Shown: piece by piece, positions 11,187 through 20,000 of the stretch | Layout of the letters: the number at the start of each line of letters is the position of its first letter | How positions within the stretch are numbered: position 1 is the stretch's first letter | Assembly: GCA_002245135.1 (NCBI GenBank) | Contig: NGBS01000320.1 | Coordinates: 56,336 to 76,335, forward strand | Direction: 5' to 3' | Source of the DNA: Proteromonas lacertae | Lineage: Eukaryota | DNA length: 20,000 bases | Translations under genes and position numbers: made by a program | The notes under the pieces: model-generated | Seen by the model: only the letters and a program-made list of their open reading frames with translations | Told to the model about the DNA's origin: nothing | Database searches by the model: none

Positions 11187-14100
11187 TTACAAAGAAAAAA
11201 GATCTTGATCTTCTTCGTCCAACTGTATAGATATATCTGATGGAGGAGGTTTATGACAACTCTGTGTATCTTCAATTGTCGTATCAGAATCATTGTCGCT
11301 CAAATCCTCTATTTTTTCTTCTGTTTGAATTGGCATTATAGCTTTTGACTGTTCAATTCGTATAGAACTACTTTGAACTTGTGGGTATTTATAAATAGAA
11401 TTGAAGATTGAACTATCTTCATAAATCTCACCATTCTGTTGGATATAACTAACAATACTATTCCATATTTTGTTCTTCTATGAATATATACAATAAAATA
11501 ATAAATAATACCATCAATAAGGTTTTCTTACCAACTATCACCAAATGTTGTTTAGCTCTTGTAATACATACATTAATTCTCTGTTGATTGATAATAAAAC
11601 CCAAATACTGTGATCTTACTGTAGAAACAATAATTATTTCTTTTTCATCTCCTTGAAAAGCATCTACAGTGGATATCATTATCTTATTACTATTACTATG
11701 TTTATTATTATTTGTATTATCATTAATAACACTCTCTAACAGTTTAACTTGAGCTGTATATAATGATATTATTCCGATTGAACTTGAATCTATCTCTTTC
11801 GTTTTAATCAAATAATTCACTACTCTTTGAATATAATTCACCTCAGATTGATTGACATAACTACCAGATTGACATTTCTTCTCAATACCGTTACAATTAT
11901 AAAGTAATATAGGAGGCCATTCAGATATTAGCATATCTGATGGTTTATATATAGTACCATGTTGTAACTGATTACTATAAAATAATTGGTTTGATAATTG
12001 ACCAATCACAGGATGACAACGATATTGAACATGGAAGTAATTTTGAGGAACTATAAAATGATAAGTGAAATAATAATATAGATAGTATATATATAAATAC
12101 TGTAATTAATTGTCTGTAATCTATCAAAAAGTGTATATTTCAAATTATCATTTTCATAAGTAGGAGGAGATAATTGTTTAGAATCACCAATCAATGTGAA
12201 ATGCCTACAATTAAATCTAATTAAAGGTAATAGATTCATCGGTTCAGTTATCTGTGATGCTTCATCAATAATAACAATTGGGTAGTTTGTATTGGATAAA
12301 ATAGGAAATTGAGATGCTACAAAGGTTGTACCCATTATTCTATTTGATTTTAACAGTTTATTTTGTTTTTCAATTGTTGTATTTGATTGTTTTATTGCAT
12401 TGTTAATATTCTTATATTCCTCAGAATCTGGTTTATATAATTGTAATAATTCATTTAAAGACTTAATATCATCTTCAATTTTGTCAGTATTATGACATAC
12501 AAATGGTAGTAGGAGAGGATTAATTCTTCTCAAACATCCAACTCGACTTATATTCTTATAGCCAAATGTCAATAATCCCAACAATATTCTATCCACTGCA
12601 ATATTGGTATTACAACAGATCAATATCTTAACATTCTTATCTTGATAATAATCCAATATAGTACTTATAAATATTAATAGAATGATTATATAATAAGTTT
12701 TACCTGAACCAAATACACCATGTATAAGATGAATAGTTGGTTGAATATTATGATTATTATGATTATTATATGATAATAATAGATTTAAACACCACTTTGC
12801 ACTTACTAATAAACTATCACTTTGATCTTTATTTAGTTTATATTTATTCAATATCTCATTATACAGCATCATTATCTCATTAGGTAATACATTTGAATTA
12901 TTATTTATAATTGGTTTATCATAATCATTATTTCCTAATATTAATGGTAAGAATAAAGGTATTTTCTTTGTTAATTGATTCAACATATTCAATTCAGTTA
13001 TTTCATTCTGATAATTACCAATATATAATACATCAATACCACTCTCTTTCTTATATAAACTAAACTGATTCTTAATTGGAATAATATGTAACATATTGCT
13101 ATTGGATGATATTGAATACCAATCTGTATAACAAAAATGAATATTATCTGATTGATTTAATGGTAATCCTGAAGGTAATATTATATATAAATCACCTGGT
13201 GATAATTCAGTTGGAAATGGTAAGTCATAGTTGAATGGAAATTTGATATAAAATGATAATGATTCTATATCTACACAGTTATCTTTCTCTTCTTCTTCTT
13301 TCTGTTTTTTGTATTGAAAATATTTCTTTTTGTTGTTTGGATTGTAGGTTGGTGCGTTTGTATCTGAGACTATTAACTCACAATTTGTATTGTAATATAT
13401 CTTTGCATTTTTCAGAGATTGAGAAATGAAATTAATCAATGATTTATTCTTAATATTATATATATATATATATATATATTATATACATATTTCTGATTTG
13501 CATTTGATGGAGCTTGAGAAGATATAACTGATTTTTGAACATTCAACAGTTTCTGTGAAATTGAATATAAATCTTTGTTTATGTGATAGTAGATCAACGA
13601 TGAATAGTGTTTAACATACCTATAAAAAACAAAAAAATAAAATAACAACATATTAATATATATATTTATAATTACTTTTCAATAGAATCAAATTTAGTTT
13701 GATAGGATGGAGATACTGGGAGATTTTTCTGTATCTGAAGTGGAAATGAAAAGTAATTACTAAATATATATATAAATATGAATGTTTAAATTACTATGGT
13801 GTTGATGATACTGTTTCTGTCGATTCGACTATATCAGGTGAACTATTTGCTTGAATAATTGGAATTTCTGATTCTTTTTGCTGTTTTATATCTGTTGATA
13901 CAGTTGAAGTAGTGTTTTCTTCTGGTTTTAACATTGATAATAAATCATCCATCGATCTACCTACACATTCTATATATAATATCATAATAAGTATGTATTA
14001 ATACTACTAGGAGATCTCATTGGATTTTCATCACTACTGACTAGGTAATTTGAAGGAGCTATGTTTTCTGTTGGTTTTTCTTCATTTGTCTCTTGTTTTT

Positions 14101-14547
14101 GTATTACAGGAGGTGTAATAGTTGATAATAATGGTTTGTTGGATGATGAAGTAGATAGTAAAGGCTTTCTTCTCTTCATTGGACCAACATGACGAGTTAG
14201 AGGTCTTTTCATGACTTTTTCTGTGATAGCTATAGCTACATCTGTTTGATCATTGTCATTACTATCGTCTTCTTCTTTCACTGATTGAAAATCAATCATA
14301 TAACTACCTAATCTCATTTGTTCACCCACTTGAGATTCTGGATCGGTATATGCAGATGAACTTAGTGGAAATGGACCAGCTATTTCTCTGGCATTATCTT
14401 CATCTCTGATTTCGTAGTGTGCATGCTATATTAAAACATAAATGATATAAATTGTACTGTCAAGATCAATGTACCATCTTTCCATTTCTTCTGTTTCTGA
14501 ACAAGTCTTGTTGTGTAAAGAATGTTGAATTTGATAGGTTTTGACAT
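11187..14547 (-). CDS. ZGRF1: ZGRF1-like 5'-3' DNA helicase (N-terminal DUF2439 plus DNA2/NAM7/UPF1-like SF1 helicase), 1,026 aa; 7 introns
   Basis: The N-terminus MSKPIKFNILYTTRLVQKQKKWKDGTLILT...VGEQMRLGSYMI matches the DUF2439 pattern (LYT..K.K.W.DG.L). Walker A is HGVFGSGKT (12696-12722; ZGRF1-type HGVFGxGK). Other motifs: TNIAVDRILLGL, RVGCLRRI, IIDEASQITEP, IGDSKQLSP, QYRCHP, STVDAFQGDEKEIII, RINVCITRAK. Introns: 14426-14457, 13970-14004, 13760-13794, 13620-13675, 13449-13486, 12051-12100, 11478-11511. Spliced length is 3081 nt. Confidence 0.88.
13457..13478. repeat. (TA)n microsatellite inside a ZGRF1-like intron; similar tracts lie in alpha-actinin introns near 9448-9468 and 10408-10420
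   Basis: TA dinucleotide run read directly from the sequence. Confidence 0.8.
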
Positions 14548-14648
14548 TTTTATGACTAATATGTGTTATTTATAAAATTTAGATTAATTGAATTGAATTT
14601 AAGAAATAATGATGTGGTTTAATTTTGTATTTGAAGCAAAAAAGAAAT

Positions 14649-14670
14649 ACGCGCCAATTGGCGGTTTAAA
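14649..14670. promoter_or_regulatory. GC-rich palindrome CGCCAATTGGCG (14652-14663) carrying back-to-back E2F-like sites and CCAAT on both strands; candidate ZGRF1 promoter element
   Basis: ACGCGCCAATTGGCGGTTTAAA sits in an otherwise very AT-rich 227-bp spacer, about 105 bp upstream of the ZGRF1-like ATG. Confidence 0.5.
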
Positions 14671-14774
14671 TAAAATTTAGAATATAACCATAAAAACAAC
14701 TCAAAAACAACTATAACAGATTATTGTTATTAAAATATGATAGAAATTTGCATAAATAACAGAACAAGAAAAAA

Positions 14775-17119
14775 TTATCTTCTACGATGATTGACAGACT
14801 TCTTATTTGCAACTTTGAAACTCTTTAATGATTTATTCAATTGTCTCTGTTGTTGTTTCAAAGATTTCTTTAACTTGTCTAATACTTTTTGACTGTGTTT
14901 AACCATCATAAAGTTCTTCTTTCTAGCTTTTTCTTTATTAGTACTACCACCTCCCAATTGTTTGCTTTCATAAAGACTTCTTCCTTCTTTCACTTTATTC
15001 AATCTTTCTTCTAATGTCAATCTCACTTTCTTCTGATAACCTAATAAATCAGTTGGATCTACTTTTTCACCTATATTTCTTGGTCCAGCAATATTACCTG
15101 ATTGTTGTTCATCATCGTCATCGTCATCGTCATCTTCCTCCATATCATTATCGCTATCTTCACCTTCTTTCATTTCAATCCAACCATCTTCACCATTTTC
15201 ACCTTCCTCTCCTCCTTCATTTTCATTTTCACTTTCTTCTTCTTCCATTTCTTCTTCCTCTTCTCCTCCACTCTCATTCTCTCCTTCTCCTTCATCATCT
15301 TCTTCACCACTCTCATCATCTTCATCATCATCATCATCATCTCCTTCTTCTTCTACTTCTTCCCATTCCATTCCATCTTCTTCACCTTCACCACCTTCAT
15401 TATTATTATCTTCTTCATCACTACTATGTTTCACATTAATCCATCCATCTTCATCTTCTTCATCTTCTTCATCTGAATTACCTTCTTTTGCTTTAACTAA
15501 TTCATCTGTTGTGACTATTTCACCATAAGCAGCTGGTTTTACTGATGAATCTAAACCTCTCTTCTTTTGTTTCTTCTTTAAAATGGCTGGATAAAATGCT
15601 CTTACAAAATTGAGAAAACTTCTTGAAGCTATTTGAACACCTTTATTCTTGTATGATTTTAAATCCAACTATTAATAAATATAATAAAATAATTTATACA
15701 AATTCATGAATTAATGCTTCTAAATCTTCTTCTTCCAATAACAATGGAGTTCTGACCATAATTTCTCTTATTGTATTAATACCAACAGCTATTGCTTCAG
15801 GACTTGTTTTATCATTCACAAAAGTATTGGCAATTGTTTTAACCAATGGAATTAATTCTTCTGGAGGGATCAAATCGTGTCCAGCTTGAATAATTGCAGC
15901 TAATATTTGTGTAACATGGACTTGATGAGGACTTAGATACTTTTGAACAAAACCATAAAATGGTAAAAATATCACTTTTTGTCTACCAATTACTTGTGTT
16001 AATAGATTCATATATAATAATTTCACTTCAAATGATAAAGATGTTCTTTTCATTTGGTCATATAATTTCTCTACAAAGCCTTGTGGATCATTTATCAACT
16101 ATATATAAAATAAAATAAAAAATACATCTATTGCTGGAAAAAGTGGATTAACATTATCTTCCTTCTTCTGTTTCTTTTTATTGATTTTCTCTTGTCTTTT
16201 AATCAATGTTTCCTTCTTTTTAGTCTTTTTAGAATGAACATGTTTATCAATTTCAACTTGTTTTTCTTTTTCTTCTTCTTTTTTCTTTTCATCTTCATCT
16301 AATAAGTCTTGAATACCTAAAAAGAAATTCACTGCACCTATTGCTACACGCGGAATCTTTGAATAGCAAGCGTGTGCTAAAACATTGACACTTTTTGCAT
16401 CTGTCCAAATCTATTCATATAAAAGATGATAATAAAATTGAATAATGAAATAAAAGTGTATTAATTAATATACTTGTCTTCTATATAATGTAGTCATCAC
16501 TTTCAATGACATTCTTGCGGCTGTTGGATTATTATCTTCCAACATTCTATACATTAATGCTTGTAGTTTGTTATTTACCTGTTCATTTTTCTTTTTTTGA
16601 TTTACTGATACGACATCACTCACTATATGGTTATAAACTAATTCTCTTAAATATTTATCTTGAGCTCTGAACAGTTTGAAAAATAATGTTAGCACTGGTA
16701 TTGGTTCAATGAATCGTTTGTTTCTCATTAATATTAATGAAGAAACTAAGACTTTACGAGTGTTTGGATGGAAAACTTCATAATTATCTTCTAAAAGCTT
16801 CATTATTAGAGGTGGAAAACTTTCAGTCTCCTATTCACAATGTATGATATAAAATATAATACTTTAGGATAGCAAGGAGAACATTGGCTAAGAAAATTTA
16901 CTAGTGATTCGAATTCATCTGATTGTTGACTTGGATTTAATCGAAATATTTCTAATTGTGTTTGAAAGTGTCGATACTATCATATTAGAATAATATAAAT
17001 ACTTGTTGAAGAAAATCATCGTGGTAGGCTTTAGGATCACGTTTAATTTGGTTCTAAATTGTATAAAAATGACTAAATACTTGAAGTTTTGGCAAATTCC
17101 CAACTAAAAGATCTGTCAT
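14775..17119 (-). CDS. SDA1: SDA1/SDAD1 60S ribosome biogenesis protein, 712 aa; 6 introns
   Basis: The spliced N-terminus MTDLLVGNLPKLQNQIKRDPKAYHDDFLQQYRHF...CYP...LILMRNK is characteristic of the family. Also LFFKLFRAQDKYLR, IWTDAKSVN, INDPQGFVEKL, YLSPHQVHVTQILA, VGINTIREI, an acidic tract, and GGSTNKEKARKKNFMM. Introns: 17054-17080, 16977-17002, 16831-16862, 16411-16473, 16099-16125, 15669-15699. Spliced length is 2139 nt. Confidence 0.95.
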
Positions 17120-17267
17120 TAGGAAATGATGAAAAAAATAATTATACAAATTAATACAAATGAAAAATACAATTAAAAGTGTATTTCTAGTTTCATTTTA
17201 ATTTTTTGTATAGATATTTATCATATTATTAATCGTTTATAGATTATTTATTTAATTTTTTCTAATT
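17120..17267. promoter_or_regulatory. Short (148 bp) divergent spacer; probable bidirectional promoter for SDA1 and the N/Y-rich gene
   Basis: ATG at 17119 (-) and predicted ATG at 17268 (+) are head-to-head. Confidence 0.5.
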
Positions 17268-19246
17268 ATGATGAATCGTGACCATCAAAATAACAATAGA
17301 TACATCCCTAAATCTCAATATCCTATATTACCAAGCCAAAGAAGTATAAAATTATTTAATATATATTTATAGGAGATAAGAATATGAATAGAAATAATAT
17401 AAACGAGCAACCTGCACCCAAACTAGTAATTCCTGTTCCTGTGTCAATACCTAGTGAGAAAAAGATGGCTGAAGAAGAGAAAAATAAAAGGTTAAAAATG
17501 GAACATGATAAAGAAGAAGCAGAGAAAAAAACAACAACTCAACCAACAGTAACCGAGTGTTCAGAGAGTTTACCATGGTCAAGTGTCTTAGCAAAAGGAT
17601 TGGTCCAACCTACCGAAGAAGAAGAAAATAAATCTGATGAAGATGAAAATGTAAAAGAGGAAAACTACAAATTATATACTAGAAAGGATAAAAATCGAAG
17701 ATATAATAATAATAATAATGCAAATTCAGATGAATATAATGTGGAAGATGAAGAGTATGAAGATGAAGATGAATATTATGAAAACCAATCAAACCCATCT
17801 CAATCCAACCAAAGACCTTATCATCAATCTTCCCATTCACATTATTCCAACTATCGAAACAACAATAATAATAATTACAACAACAGAAAACCTCAATCGG
17901 AAGAGCCAAGAGATATAAAAGAGAGGTTATACAGAGAAATGCAAAAAGCAGCAGAAAAGGAAAGAAAATTATCAGAAATAGATGAATACAATAAGAAATT
18001 AAGAGAAATGGAATATATGAAAAGTTTACAACCGAAACAATCGCAACAACCGATACAACAATCGAGAAAACAAGAATATAGGCAATACAACAACAACAAC
18101 AATAATAATAATAATAGAAACCAACGTTATAGCAATAATAATCGATATAATAATAATCGATATAATAATCAACAACCACCTCCACCTGCAACTACTACTA
18201 CTTCATCATCATCATCATCTACACCTCCTCCTCCTTTACCTGTACCAAATGCCAAAATATTAATCGATAAATATGAAAATGATAAAATGATGAAAGAAAA
18301 AGAATCAAAGAATTTAGAAATACGTAAAGAAGAACAAGCTGCTGAAGAATTACAGAGATTATTGTCATCCACTGAAATAGAGAGTAACAGTAAACATAAA
18401 GAAACAGCAACAACAACAACTACTACTACTACAACTACACCTTCTAATGATAAAACGAATAATAAAAATGGTGGGAAATATAATAATAATAAACAATATA
18501 ATAATAATAAACAATATCAGAAATATAATGATTATGATTATTATTATTATTATAACAATAAGAAATATAATAATAATAATAATAAATCAAATTATTATTA
18601 TAAAGGCAATAATAAGAAAAGTGAAGGAATAAAAGAGGAAATTAATCAACCACCACCTCCATCTACATCTACATCTATATTATCTACATCAACAACTAAT
18701 AATACAATATCATCAACTACTACAACTCCACAACAACAACAATATAATACAAACAACAACAATAAGAAATATAATAATAAAAGAAATTATAATAAGAAAT
18801 ATAGCAATTACTATAACAATAATTATTATGATTATAGATATAACGACAAGAATTATAATTATAATTATAAATCAACAAATGCAAATACAAATACAACAAC
18901 AACAAATACTAATACTGCTGCTACATCAACTGCTCCTGGTAATAATACTGCTACAGCTGTAAATACTGAAACAGATGGTAATAATAGAATGAAGAGAAGA
19001 ATGAGAGGTGGAAAATCAGTCAATAATGTTGGTAGAACGAATTGTAGTGAAATAAAATATGTCACTGTTGAAAGCTTACCTCAAGGTGATAAAATTACTG
19101 TAGAAGATTCAAAGATCCCAAACCCAATAGGTCCATCCAAGAAAACAGAAGCTTCTTCAAATAGTGGAAAGTATGAGTTGTTTGGAATTGATAATTCTAT
19201 TACTAGAACACAAAATACAGTAAATCCCAGTGATACAACTCAATAA
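17268..19246 (+). CDS. Hypothetical 649-aa low-complexity protein with N/Y/K-rich prion-like blocks and short coiled coils; 1 intron
   Basis: Exon 1 (MMNRDHQNNNRYIPKSQYPILPSQR) joins ORF 17384..19246 in frame through a 29-nt GTAT..ATAG intron at 17344-17372. Spliced length is 1950 nt. No recognisable domain. Confidence 0.75.
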
Positions 19247-19506
19247 ATGTGTTTTAGTAAGAAGAGTAAATTTTTATTATCTTTATATTGTCTTATTGTG
19301 TTGAGAAAAATAAAATAATGACTAACGAATAAAATTGGGGTTGATCCAAAAAAAATGATAGTATTTTTCATTAACCGAATTCTGATATTTTCGGTTATAG
19401 AGTGTTTTTGTAGTTCTTTAAATTGATACAGAAATTTAAATGATGAACTTCGTATGATCCTGTAGAAGAATTCACAGTATTCTTTTTTTAAATAAACGAA
19501 ATGTAG

Positions 19507-19867
19507 GTGAGAGTGCTAAAGTGTTCCCTAGTATAAATGATGATAAACCTATAACTTCCATTGAACAGAACAGACATAGTATTATTTTATTCATTTTTCA
19601 CTCTCTTCAGGTGATATGTCAGTGATTAGACCTAAGAATGACATGAGTATAGTAACAAGAACGAAATCAAAGATGGTAAAGAAAAATCATCGATTATCAA
19701 GGCAAGGAGTTAGAAGATTATCAAATATTGTTCAGCAGTTAGATGAAAGTTCAAAGAATAACAAAACATATGAAGAAGCTAAACCTTCTTGTTGTGTAAT
19801 TAAGACTCGACAAAACCAAAAATTACCCGATTACTCAATAGTAAAATATACAACATCGTTTATGTAA
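19507..19867 (+). CDS. Small basic hypothetical protein; 5' exon structure unresolved
   Basis: ORF 19616..19867 is preceded by a 32-nt GTAT..CAG intron-like segment (19579-19610) that joins an open upstream frame. Further donor/acceptor pairs exist (19477-19506, 19531-19568), but I could not fix a start codon. Confidence 0.4.
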
Positions 19868-20000
19868 TATTTATAATTCTTTCTATAATTTTACATGATA
19901 TAAACATTATGCTTTTACCTAAACAAGCAGATATCGCAATAGCATCATTTTGTTACTAATAACAGTGATGTTTATTGTTGATTTAACATTAAGATCGTTG

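Noticed and set aside
11458..13439. Calling the helicase UPF1, senataxin or DNA2
   Set aside because: There is no UPF1 CH zinc domain or DNA2 nuclease domain. The HGVFGSGK Walker A and N-terminal DUF2439 point to ZGRF1.
15014..15476. His/Leu-rich and Phe/Ile-rich + strand ORFs
   Set aside because: They are antisense to the acidic GAA/GAT tract of SDA1.
16915..17103. 62-aa ORF on the minus strand
   Set aside because: It is an out-of-frame read-through of SDA1 exons 1-3 and their introns.
19441..19480. Minus-strand CAGGATCAT resembling U3 snoRNA box A
   Set aside because: It lacks the following TTCT and I found no ordered set of the other U3 boxes. Too short to support.
1..20000. Ciliate-type stop-codon reassignment, or stop codons created by polyadenylation
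   Set aside because: Multi-kb ORFs contain no in-frame TAA/TAG/TGA, Gln uses CAA/CAG, internal stops in the conserved genes are explained by introns, and every gene ends in a genomic TAA.
1..20000. Prokaryotic-type systems (CRISPR, operon, transposon) or a functional gene cluster
   Set aside because: There is no repeat-spacer array, transposase, reverse transcriptase or terminal repeat. The neighbouring genes (cytoskeleton, DNA repair, ribosome biogenesis) have unrelated functions.

Overview
Very AT-rich, gene-dense eukaryotic (protist) DNA using the standard genetic code. It has short intergenic spacers (about 110-230 bp between the five main genes) and 23 tiny GTA..AG spliceosomal introns that I could place by hand (24-63 nt, median 34). 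This architecture resembles an AT-rich Blastocystis-like lineage; that assignment is inference only. The ORF track is fragmented by the introns. Reassembled, the window holds: (1) a 5'-truncated, >2,680-aa low-complexity protein with a C-terminal SPRY-like domain, split by an apparent 1-nt frameshift in a GAAAAA repeat at about 3690; (2) a full-length 851-aa alpha-actinin (-, 7 introns); (3) a 1,026-aa ZGRF1-like SF1 helicase with an N-terminal DUF2439 but no visible GRF zinc finger (-, 7 introns); (4) SDA1, 712 aa (-, 6 introns); (5) a divergent 649-aa N/Y-rich prion-like orphan; (6) a small unresolved gene at the end. I found no mobile element, CRISPR array or recognisable RNA gene, and I cannot support a new multi-gene system. 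The best leads are the frameshift junction, stop-free in-frame introns in alpha-actinin, the ZGRF1 domain architecture, a GC-rich E2F/CCAAT palindrome upstream of ZGRF1, and CTD-like heptads.
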